Translations under genes and position numbers: made by a program | Shown here: positions 24,363 through 35,810 of the stretch, piece by piece | Layout: each line of letters starts with the position of its first letter | Position numbering within the stretch: the first letter of the stretch is position 1 | Source: Lama glama | Taxonomy: Eukaryota | Direction: 5' to 3' | Length of the DNA stretch: 64,000 nucleotides | NCBI GenBank assembly: GCA_028534125.1 | Contig: CM052817.1 | Location: 93,932,001-93,996,000, forward strand | The notes under the pieces: model-generated | Seen by the model: the letters and a program-made list of their open reading frames with translations, nothing else | Databases searched by the model: none | What the model was told of the DNA's origin: nothing

Positions 24363-25607
24363 GATCCTAAGATTTCCTACCAAATAAAACTGACTATGCA
24401 GTAGAATGATTTTCATAACCAGAAAGCTTTTCAGCAGAACAATGATATAGAAATAATTACTTTAAGTGCTGTACTTCTTAAAAAATATGTTCTTAAAAAC
24501 TTGTTTTTAAAAAAAAATGGATGGAGTGTCTTGCATGCATCAAACACTGTCCTAGATATTTGAAAAACATGACTTCATTCTGCCAAATTGCACACGATGT
24601 AGCTGGCTACATCAAGACTCAAACCCAGGTCGGTCCAAAGCGGAGCATGTTGGTTCCACCGGTTTCGCCTCATGAAGACTTGCTCCACCCTGGTCTAATG
24701 TTCTGATTGCCTTTGAACTAATTCTTGTTCAAGCTAATTAGAGACAAGCTCAGTTTGCCTTCAGGTCTTCTTATCAGCTAGAAATATCTATTTGCTTCTT
24801 TTGACAGTATTACACCCTCATTATTTACGACCTCTCTTCCCAGAGCAGAGAGCTGAAAATTACTGCCGTGTAGGCACCTCTTCACCCCACTTATGAATCT
24901 TTCTACTTAATTGGGAAAATGTTTCTATGCTACTCTAAAAGGAAAGAGAATTCTCCTCCTCTTCCCAATATTTTATCTTCAGAAAAACTAGAGAATGAGT
25001 GCAGCAAAAAACATAAGAGGACAGGAGGCATCTCAAATTGCAGTCACAGTGATTCCTTATTAAGCAGCTAAGATAGCCTAGCAACCTGCAACTTCTAAAA
25101 CGTTCCTATGTTACAAAAAAATTATAGCTTAATCAGAAATCTAAATAGACATCTTAACAATAGATATTTGAAGAGGTTTGTCATAATGAAAATCTCATAT
25201 ATATTTAGCACTTTAGCCTAAGAATTTTTACAACTATTACTTTAATTGAGACTTACAAGACTGTAAAAAAGTCTGAACAGATTTTTTTTTCTTTTTCTTT
25301 TCACTTATGAAAGTCTTATATACATTTTCATTGTTAAAAGTTCAAATACTACAGTACATAGAGAAAAATGTGATGGCCCTCCTTGTTGAAGCCCAATATC
25401 CTTTCAACCATTTCCCTGCGTGTTTGTGCACAAGCACATGCAAACACAGAGCTTAGGAAGGTAGGTATTCATAAGTGGAATATTATACATACTATTTTGT
25501 GATATGCCTTTCATACTTCACAGCATAGCCTGGAGGTGTTTATTATGATGGTACCAAAATCTGCCTAATTCTTTTAACTGGCCACATAGCAATCCATAAT
25601 ATAGAAG

Positions 25608-26355
25608 TGTTACCAAACTCAGGTTCAGCCGCTCATAGCCCAGGAATCCAATACTGAGAGAGTGTTGGGTAAAGGAAAGGTAGCTTTATCGAGGAGGCCA
25701 GCAATCCTGGGAAGAAGGTGGACGCATGTCCCGAAGGACCAACTCTCCATTACCAATCAAGGGGCAAGAGCTTTTAAAAAAGAGTTTCAGAGGTGTGCAG
25801 GCTTGGGGCAGGGGTGGCCAAGGGGGCGTGTTATGTGCAGAAGAGCACAGTCAGCTTCGACAATTATCTTGAAATTGGTCATGCGGTGGCCTGATCAGCA
25901 TCATCTTGATTTTTAAAGTACAGTTAATTCTTAATTCCAGGGTCAGCTTGCTCCTGCTTCCCTAAGGCTAGTTCTTGGAATTATGCAAGATGGAGCAGCT
26001 TATTTCATAACTACAGTCTGGTCATCATATAGTTAACTTCTTCCACCTAGTAGGGATTTCAGTATCTGAAAAATAGCTCAAAGGACATGGCTAAGAATAT
26101 TATCTATAGCCCTTGAGGAGAAACTAAAGGTCCTTGGCTTTGGTTAATGGCTAAACTCGTATTACTTTGTCTTGTTTGACTGTTTTCCTTTGCTTCTGCA
26201 TTTTTTCACTTCTCTGATTAAATGTATTCTTTGGAACTAAGGAAAGGGATAGGAGGCTAAAGTTTTTCTACAGACAAGAGTCAGGCAGAGGCCGTGGTGG
26301 AGTGGGGAGGGGGGCTCTGTCCCTGGAAGGCCCCATAGGGTCCTGCTCAGTTACA
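25608..26355 (-). mobile_element. ERV1-type solo LTR (748 bp)
   Basis: TG...CA termini (tgttacc...gttaca); 4-bp TSD GAAG at 25604-25607 and 26356-26359; minus strand starts tgtaactgagcaggaccctatgggg. Confidence 0.85.
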
Positions 26356-26400
26356 GAAGAACCACAAGTTATTAATTCATTCCCCTAGATGTACATCAGA

Positions 26401-26771
26401 TGTTATTAATGAGATAGGCTAAGAGCTATAACAAACAAGACTGAAACTTCAACAGTTCAACTCAGTAAAGGTTATGGCTGAACTCAGGTCACAGCCCAGG
26501 GGGTCAGTAGGTGGTGTTCTCATTCACATGGTCTCTTGGGTATCAGGTTCCTTCCTTCTTGAAGGTCACCCAGCAGACAGAAGGAAGAGAGAGAAAGTGC
26601 GAAGACACGTAACTCTTCACTGTCACGGATAGAAGTGCTTTATTTCTCCTACTCATGTTCTACTGGCAAGAACTAGTCTTGCAGCCCATGAAGAAGGCTG
26701 GAAAATGTGTTCGAATTTGTGCATAGGAAGTACAAGAAGGTTTGATGAGAATCTAGCCAGTCTCTCTCACA
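26401..26771 (-). mobile_element. MaLR LTR (MLT1I/J-like)
   Basis: 'gataggctaagagctataacaaac...ctcatgttctactggcaagaactagtc...gaaggctggaaaatgtg...gtctctctcaca'. Confidence 0.7.
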
Positions 26772-27159
26772 TAGGTTAATTTCATTTTTTTCACTATTAA
26801 ACACAAGGCTATCATAAACCCCCTATAGATACACTTTTGCACACTTACACCAGTATTTCTGTAGTATAAACAGGTTTTACCAGACAAAAAGATACCTAAA
26901 AGATATCTTCTAAAACAAGAGAATTTTAGAAGATATGTTACCTTTCTAAAGTAACATGTAATATTTGACTATGTTAAAACAATCCTCTAGAATATATTAA
27001 GTACACACTGAGAAGCTAGCTTTCAAAGCATTACCTGATCTGACCTTTAACATTAAAACTTTTCTCTCTACTATACCTCATAAGAACTCTCCACTTCTCC
27101 CAGGCCCTTCACTTCTTTACTTCTCAAACAAGTTATTACTATTCATCTCAAATCCTGGG

Positions 27160-27345
27160 TTGCAATTTACTATCTCTGTGTTCTTGGAAATACCATTTTT
27201 GACCACTCGGAGTCTTAGTTTCACCATTTTGAAAAGAAGTGACATTATAAACCTCACCAGTATCTTGAAATAACTAAATAATGGGAAATGGCACATGGGA
27301 AATACCGAGACATAATAAACATTAAATGAGTGCTCACTTCTACCC
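27160..27345 (+). mobile_element. MIR
   Basis: 'ctctgtgttcttggaaatacc...cttagtttcaccattttgaaaag...ataaacattaaatgagtg'. Confidence 0.6.
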
Positions 27346-27459
27346 TTCTTTCTCTGACTATCCCAGGCCATAGTAACTGTTCCTGTCACTGAATGCCTGC
27401 AGTATTTGTTTATATTACCTTTCTGTTACCTAGTATATATGACATTCTATCCTTATGCA

Positions 27460-27590
27460 GCTTTTCATGCAATATCTTGTCTCCCCATCATGATTATAAG
27501 CAACTAGAGAAGCATGCCATATTCTTTGGGTCCCCACCCCCTTGCACAGTGCCTTACAGTGCAGCCCTTGATAAATGTTTGTGATGATGC
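27460..27590 (+). mobile_element. L2 3' end
   Basis: 'cttgtctccccatcatgattataagcaactagag...cacagtgccttacagtgcagcccttgataaatgtttgtg'. Confidence 0.7.
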
Positions 27591-27817
27591 CAATTAAACT
27601 GAGCATGCCAGTGGAAGAGAGAAAGCAAAACAAAAGAAAAATCCATCCCAGTTATTCAATTTTAGGAAAAGGACTTGAAAAATCTGTGGAGATTAGTTAG
27701 GGGGATATTGAATGATAGCATTTAAAAATTCAATAACCTACAGGAAGCTGGAAAGCATTTGTGAACACTTCATTGAAAACCCAAGATAAATGTATGTCAG
27801 ATCTTAAAATGTCAAGC

Positions 27818-27848
27818 TGTGCGTGCACGTGTGTGTGTGTGTGTGTGT
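27818..27848. repeat. (GT)n microsatellite
   Basis: Seen directly. Confidence 0.9.
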
Positions 27849-28562
27849 CCCTAGGCAAGGTTAAAGGATTGTGGAAGGAGATTTTTCCAATTTAAGAGAG
27901 CTATTTGAGAAAGAATTATTTAAAAGGAAAGAATGAAGGAAGGGAAGTAGGGCAGGAGGGAAGAATGGGGAGAGAAAAGGAGGGAAAAGAGGAAAGAAAG
28001 GAATCTTTCAAAAACTAGAAAAGTGGTTTAGTTAAAGAGAGCAGGGAAACTCAGAAAGGATGCCAGGCTAGGTATAAACTGGAAATTAGAGCAAAAGAGA
28101 ATTATGTGGAACTTTTGAAGAATGTCTAAAAGCATCAGCAGAATTGAAAACAAATTAATAACCTAGTAACACAAGCCTCTGGTCCCATATGGACAATGAA
28201 CTTTTACTGAGTAGCTTCCACCCTTTTAGACAGAGGTACACTCTGCATCCACTCAGTCTCTGTTCAGCCAGAATTACCAGTAACGTTACCTAACCGGCCC
28301 ATTCGAGATGAAAGTCTGTCCCCCTGCAAGCATTTCTAGCATTCCTGTTCTTCCTCCTTTTTTTGGGGGGGGGGCTAACATTTAAAATTTTTATTTTGTA
28401 AAACAAGACTTTTGTTATGTACACCTAAATACGATCTTACCCATAATGAAAAGAACTACCCCAAATATCAAAAGGGTTTACATCAATAAAAAAAGAAATA
28501 CTACTTCCAGATACTTCATAAATTACTAAAAAGTTTGGTATTTTCCCCCACCCTGCTGACGT

Positions 28563-29416
28563 ATTTTTAACTGAAGTATAGTTGATTTATAATGTTTCAG
28601 GTATACAGCAAAGTGACTCAGTTATAGATCTAGACAGATAGATCCAAATATTCTTTTTCAGATTCTTTTCCATTATAGGTTATTACAAGATATTAAATAT
28701 AGTTCCCTGTGCTGTACAGTAGGACCTTGTTATTTATCTATTTTATACATAGTAGTATGTATCTGTTAATCCCAAATTCCCAATTTATTCCACCTTCCCT
28801 TCCCCTTTGGTAACCATAAGTTTTGTTTTCTATGTCTGTGAGTCTCTGTTTTGTAAATAAGTTCATTTGTATCATTTTTTTTTTTTTAGATTCCACATAT
28901 AAGTGATATTATAGGATATTTGTCTTTTTCTGTCTGACTTACTTCACTTAGGATGACAATCTCCAGGTCCATCCATGTTGCTGAAAATGGCATTATTTTA
29001 TTCTATTTTATGGCTGAGTATAATTCAATTGTATATTTATAACACATCTTCTTTATCCAGTCATCTGTAGATGGACCTTTAAGGTTGCTTTTTCACTTAT
29101 TATAAATAGTGCTGCTATGAACATTGGGGTCCATGTATCTTTCCGAATCAGAGTTTTTGTCTTTTCCGGATATATGGCCAGGAGTGGGATTGCTAGATCA
29201 TATGGTAAGTCTATTTTTAGTTTTTTTAAGGAAACCCCATATTGTTCTCCATAGTGGCTGCACCAACTTACATTCCCACCAACAGTGTAGGAGGGTTCCC
29301 TTTTCTCTGCACACCCTCTCCAGCATTTATTATTTGTAGACTTTTTGATGGCCATTCTGACCAGTGTGAGGTGGTACCTCACTATAGTTTTGATTTGCAT
29401 TTATGTAATAATTAGC
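28563..29416 (-). mobile_element. Lineage-specific L1: ORF2 C-terminus and 3' UTR
   Basis: ORF 29053-29400 ([30 protein letters not shown]...[18 protein letters not shown]...TPMFIAALF) is L1 ORF2; 3' UTR 'actgaagtatagttgatttataatg'. Confidence 0.92.
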
Positions 29417-30134
29417 ACTGTTCCAAGAGCTTACAGTGAAATAAAGGTGTAACAAGCACAAAAAGAGGCAATTAAAATGCAGTGGATAGGATGTCTAATA
29501 AAAGGACTTTCTTTATTGCCTCCACACCATGAAGTGGTTGAGCAAAGCCTCTTGCACATAGTAATTATAAAAAGTGGATCGAATGTTTTAAAAATAACTA
29601 TTTGTAGACACTGAAAACCAAAAGCTCACAGAAACAAATGGAGATGTTACTATTATGGATAAGGATTAAATTTGTGGCTTTTTTGGCTGAAGTTGGCCTC
29701 AAGCAAACTTCTTCTAAAGAACCCACTGGTTGTAAGAGAAATTAGAAAACATTAAAACATTGTTAATTGGATGATAAAAATATAACACATCAAATTTTGT
29801 GGGTTGGTTCTAGAGCAGTGTTTAGAGGGAAATTTATAAATTTAAATACCTATATTAGGGGAAAAAAAGAGGCAAACTCAACGATTTAAGAATCCATTTT
29901 AAGAAGCTAGGCAAAAAAAGAGAAAATTAAAACCCAACATAAGGAATAAAATAATAAAGATAAGAGCAGAAATAAATGAAATATAAATTAGACAAGCAAG
30001 AGAGAAACCAATAAAAGCTTAAGATCAATAAAACTGATAAACTTCTACCCAAAATGTTCAAGAGGAAAAAAGTGGAAGACACAAATCACCAATTTCAATA
30101 CTGCTACAGTTATTATAGACCATAAAAACTGAAG

Positions 30135-30578
30135 GTATTAGTTTCCTGAGGCTGTTGGGAAAAATTGTTGCAAACTTTATAGCACAAGAAATGTATTATC
30201 TCAAGTTCTGGAGGCAAGAAGTCTCAAATCAAGGTGTCAGCAGGGCTACATCCCCACGGAGGCTCTGAGAGAACCCCTTGTTTCTTGTAGCTTCTGGTAG
30301 CTGTCAGCATTCCCTGGTGTTCCTTGTCTGTGGCTGCATTACTCCAAATTCTGCCTCCATCTTCACATCAGTGTCTCCTCTGTGTAACTTTCTAATCGGC
30401 CTCTCTCTTCTCAGGACACTGCAATGGCATTTAGGCCCTACCTAGATAATCCTGGGTGATCTCCTCATCTACAAATCCTTAATTTAATTACAACTTAACT
30501 TTTCCCAAAGTAACATCTACATGTTCCAGGGATTAGGATATGGATGTATCTTTGGGGGACTATTTTCAAACTCCCACA
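30135..30578 (-). mobile_element. MaLR LTR (MLT1B/C-like)
   Basis: 'gtattagtttcctgaggctg...gttctggaggcaagaagtc...aaggtgtcagcagggc...ttccagggattagga...gggggactatt'. Confidence 0.85.
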
Positions 30579-30869
30579 CCTAATGAAGGAATATTATTAA
30601 AGATTTGTTGGTGCCAAAAAAATTAACGGCTAAATTAAATAGACAAATTTCTTGAAAGATACAAGTTACAAAGGAGACACAAGAAAAAAATAGACAACAT
30701 AAATAGTACCATATCAACTAAAATTTTGCATTTTTAACTAAAGAGCTTTCCACAAAGAACATCTGAATTCCAGATGGCCTCACTGGTAAGTTATAGTCAA
30801 CATTTAATAAGAAATAAGAACAATCTTACATACACTCTTTCAGAAAACAGAGGCTACAAATATACATCC

Positions 30870-31410
30870 TGTGCAGGAAAGGGTTAACCCAGCAGGCCTG
30901 GGTGGTTCAAATCCTGCACATTCTCAAGAATGTCCTTCCTCCAGTACAGGCCCTTAGCCAGCTCCTGGGATATGCGCCCTAAACCCTTACCCGTCTGACA
31001 TTCTGACTGATAAGAAAGTTTTCGTATGCCTGAGGCCTTGGGCCACATGATACCAGTTTGATTAGGTAATTCATGCTAATGCGATTTATGATGGACACCT
31101 GTTTTTGCTCGAAAGCTCTGTAGTCTGAGCACCAATACTCAGGTGAACTCCCTGGTTGGTAACATACATGTTGTCACACATCATTACTAGGAGAATTAAG
31201 GACATCATGTGACTCCACTAGGAGAGGATCCCTGGAAGCTTGAGCCTGGTTTCTCCAAGACTTCAACCCATGTACCTTTTCCTTAGCTGAATTTAATCTG
31301 TATCTTTTCACTGTAATTAAGTGCAGTCATGAGTATAACAGTTTTCTGAGTTCTGTAGGCCTTCTAGAGAATCATCAAGCCTGAAGATGGTCTTAGGGAT
31401 CCCCAGTACA
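30870..31410 (+). mobile_element. MER21-like solo LTR
   Basis: Starts tgtgcaggaaagggttaac; ends 'gagttctgtaggccttctagagaatcatc...cttagggatccccagtaca'; near-TSD catcc/cttcc. Confidence 0.85.
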
Positions 31411-34400
31411 CTTCCCAACACATTTAACACTATGAGGTCAGCATTATCTTGATCCCCAAAGCAAAGAAATCACAAGAAAATTATGGACATATTTCTCATG
31501 AATATAGATACAAAATTTCTTTTAAAATATTAACAAAAAGAATCCAGCAATAGAGGAAAAGGATAATACCGCATAAGATTGTGGATTCTATTTAGGAATA
31601 CAAGATTGATTTACTATTTATAAATCAATCAAGGTAATTCTTCACAATAAAATAATAAAAGAGAAAAGCCATATGGTTTGTCTCAATAGATGCAGAAAAA
31701 GCATTTGATGAAAATTCACCACCCATTTGTGATAAGAGCTCTCAATAAATTGAGAATTAAAGGAAATTTCATTAACCTGATAAAGGACATCAGTGAAAAA
31801 TTTATAGCTAAAATGTCACTTGATGGTAAAAATGGAATGCTTTCCCTCTAATTTTTTCCTAGCCAGTACAATAAAATGAAAATAAGTGACCAAAGGGGAT
31901 AATAACTAAAAGAAACAAGTAAAACTGTCTTTATTCATAGGTGATATGGTAGTCTATGAAGAAAATTCTAAGGATTCTAAAAGAAAACTGTTAGAACTAG
32001 CAAATATATTTAGCCAGGTAGAATAAACAATCAATATGAAAAATTAATTTAATTTCAGTATACTGGAAACAATCAGAAAATAAAAACTAGACAATTTACA
32101 ATAGCACCCAAAAACATAAAATACTTAGATACAAATCTGAAAAATACATGCAAGACCCTTGTACTGGAAACTATAAAACATTGTGGAGAGAGATTGAAGA
32201 CAGTCGAAAACAAATGGATTAACACCCCATATTCATGGATCAGAAGATTTTTCAGATATCAGTTTTCTACAAAACTGTCAATAGATTCTGTGTAGTACCA
32301 GTAAATCATTCCAGGAGATATTTTTAACAAGCTAACTCTAAAATTTATATCAAAAGGCAAAGACCTAGCATAGCCCCCAAAAAGGAAAAATTTAGAAAGC
32401 ATACACTCTCTGCTCTCAGGCCAAACAGTAAAGCTGTAATAAGCAGGAAATTGCAGTCCTGGTGCAAGACTAGACGTGTACATTACTGGAACAAGACAGA
32501 GTCCAGAAACACACATACATAGAGTCAAGTGATTCTCTACAGCCATCTACGTCTAACTCAAGGGGCATAAAATACTCTCATGCATAAATAGTGCTGAACA
32601 ATTAAATATCCATATTCATAAGGACAAAAATAAGCCTCATTCATTGCCTCATACCACATAGAAATTAACTCAAAATAGTTCATAGATTTCAATGTAATAA
32701 CCGAAAATATAAAACTTCTAGAAGAAAACATAGGAGTAAATCATTGTGACCATGCAATGGGCAAAGATTTCTTAGATAGATTCCCCAAAAACACAAATCA
32801 GAAAAGAAAAGAATTGATAAATCAGGCTTCATTAAAATTTAAAACTTTTGCTTTTTCAAAAAACACTTTTAGGAAAGTAGAAAGGCAAGCCACACACTGG
32901 GGAAAGTATTTGCAAAACATTTATCTGATAAAGGATCTGTATCCGGAACATATACAGAACTCACATTAACTGAATAAGAAGAAAACTAATAACCCAACAT
33001 AAATACGTTAACAAACACTTCACCGAAGAAAATACATGAATGTCAAAAAAGCACTTGAAAAGATGGTCAATATTATTAACTACCAATAAAATGCAAATTA
33101 GAACCACAATGAGATACTACTACATCTCCATTAAATTGACTAACATTAAAAAGTCTGAAATACTAAGTCCTGATAATTGCAAAAGACTATGAAGTAGCTT
33201 TTGAGGGTGATGACAATATTCCATGTCTTGGCGGTGGAGGTGGTAAGTACATACATTTATCTAAATATGGTGGATTGTACTTTAAATAGGCATATTTTAT
33301 TATATGCACACTATACCATAATAAAGTCTATTTATTTTTAAAAATACAGTGAACACTAGATAAAAGTATTTGCACTCCTGTAGTTAATGAACTGTAAAAA
33401 ATGAACAAGCCCAAGGTGCTTGCTCGATTTAAATAAATGCACTTACACCATATTATTCTAAGTTCCTTTCTAAAGCATTTAGAACATTCTCCATAAACCC
33501 TGCATTTACATTCCAGCATCCATTGAAAAGGTATATGCTTATTTTCATTTTTTATAAACAAGGAACCAAAGATAACTAGGGGTTTCACTCAATATCCCTA
33601 ATATCCAAAAGATCCAATGCACTAGCAGGTCCAAATTCCTTGATGTATATATAACCTGTATAATTCCTCTTTCTTAAGATTATGATGCCTATTTTGATTT
33701 TCTTTTTCCTCTTAAGGGCCTTGGTTTATTTTTCTTCCCTCTGTTTTCACTCATACAGCTCATCCAAATGTCTTTTATTAAACTCAGGGATGATTTCATG
33801 CTCAGATCAGAAAAAGAAAACAATTGTATTGTTTATCTGCTCAGATATTACCTTCTTGTGGTACAGAGCTTCTCTATATGTTAATGAACTTGGGTGTTTG
33901 TGCAACTCAGGTCTCTTATTCTTACATTTAAATTGTTCTTTTTTTTTTTAAACACCTGTTTACTTTTTTTCCCTCATCTCTGCAAACTGAGGTAAAAGAC
34001 TTCCAAAATATTGCAAAATAGACTCCACAGGAAATTCAGAGACAGTAATTACAGGCACTCTGACATTCCGGCTTGTTTAAGTAGGTATTTTAAACAAGTT
34101 TGGCGGAGCTTCACTTGCTGTAGACCCTATTTTTGCTAAAACAAACAAACAAACAAAAAAAAACCGTTTATTTCTGTCATGTTTTCTCAGTGCGACTTTT
34201 TGAAACTCTTACATTTGTAATACTTCGGCGGTAGTTTCTTGTCACATTTTATTTCCATTCATGATTAACTTCTTTGAATAAATATTTTTCATATTTTAAA
34301 TCTAAGTCCCAGGCAGGATATTTTTAAAGTCTATTGCTAACTAATAATTTTTCTGCTTTGAGCTCTTGGAAAAGTCTTGGATGTCTGGATTTCAAATCAC

Positions 34401-35629
34401 TGATGAAAACTTGTCATGTTACAATTTTTCTCGCAGTTGTTAAAGTAAGCTCCCTTTTAAACACCTTTTTATTTGCTTTTTCCTTCCAATTCTCTCACTG
34501 ACACTAATTACCTTGGGCAACTGCAGTCAGTAAAGAAATGTCCCGTTGCAGGCCAGTGATATTTTGTTTTTATTTCCTAAAGTTTAGATAAAATATTCCC
34601 CCAAGGATTGACTATGCTCCTTGTTCTAATTCCACGTACACAATCTGTGCTCCAACTAAGAGCTCGGTTTTTCACATTCCTCAGTAGTTAGGAAGGATGT
34701 CGCCCTGGCAGAGCATGGTGAGCGTTCCCATTACAACAAACAGGTATATACCACATCATAGATTAGGAAGATCACATTCCGGCTCATCAACCAAAATTGT
34801 GGGAATTTAGGCAACATGTCAGCAATGGAGCAGCTTGTTATCTCTAAATATACTGAAAAATTCCCATTTCTGGAATTGTGAGATGGAAGAATGGTACCTG
34901 GCAGTGGTGAAATGCTGAGAAGCCCTGTCTCTCACCAGCCTGCACTCCCACAAGCACCCACCACCAGCAAAATGGCGCCAGTACTATGTATGCGCCAAGT
35001 GCCCAGAGAATTCATCTAATAAGCATTAAATACTAATGTTTTGAATTGTTTGAATCAACTGCAATGAGAATATATTCAGTCATGCTATTTGTGTAATTGA
35101 AAAAACAATCAAAAACATTCTCTAATAAAAGGTACAAATTGAGGGCTGTGAGAATTCAGAAGAGTCAAAAACCTATAATATTATATCTTTTACCACATCC
35201 TAGACCTGCTTCTTTTTTGAATGCAACAAATACAGAAGAATCACAAATCTTGTTGGACAGAACCACAAAACATAATTTGTATCATATCTCCTTCTTCTAT
35301 AAAAATATATAGCAACGAAAACTGTAGCTAAACCAATGATCTCCTAATTGGAGATCCCAAGTAAACGGAATTAAATATTTACTGCTTCTATAAGTTAAGA
35401 CCTCTACATTTCTTTTTTTAACTTGGCAAGTTAGACACATTTATAAAGTGGCCTCCTAAAAAGTCTCTTAATAACTAAGGCAGATTCCAAACTTCTGTGG
35501 AAATACTTTTCATCTATGGAAAATACATATTTTTCTAGATGATTACTATTATTTTAAAGTGATGTATATACTTCCACAAAATGTGTTTTATCATCTCTTT
35601 CTCTCTAACAACAATTATTCTTTAAGTGA

Positions 35630-35810
35630 TTGGTGTTACACAGCCTTGCCAAATCAGAAGAGTCACCTGGGCAGTTTATTAAAAATACAGGTTCCCAGGA
35701 CCCTCCTTTGGAGAGTCTAATTCAATTGATTTAGAATGGGGCAAAGGAAACCGCAGTTTTAACAACTACTCTAGGCAATTCTTATGACTAGGCAAGTTTG
35801 GGAAACCCTG
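35630..35810. mobile_element. MER5-type hAT-Charlie DNA transposon
   Basis: 'agagtcacctgggcagtttattaaaaatacaggttcccagg...aggcaattcttatgactaggcaagtttgggaaaccctg'. Confidence 0.75.

Larger units (their letters stand above)
25300..26890 (-). mobile_element. L1ME-type 3' end, interrupted by two LTRs
   Basis: 'aaagttcaaatactacag...cttttaactggccacatagcaatccat' resumes at 26360 'accacaagtttattaattcattcccc' and at 26775-26870. Confidence 0.55.
29700..33345 (+). mobile_element. Old L1 (L1MD/ME-like) ORF2 and 3' end with nested LTRs
   Basis: Decayed ORF2 motifs ('gcagtgtttagagggaaatttata', 'tcaatagatgcagaaaaagcatttgat', 'aaaacttctagaagaaaacatagg', 'aaatgcaaattagaaccacaatgagatac'). Confidence 0.85.

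Noticed and set aside
29053..29400. 115-aa ORF with protein-like sequence
   Set aside because: L1 ORF2 C-terminal remnant, not a host gene (likewise 57464-57742 and 32757-32969)
34961..34980. CTCF-like CCACCAGCAAAATGGCGC
   Set aside because: Spacing is one base too long and the core G is missing; better read as a YY1-type motif
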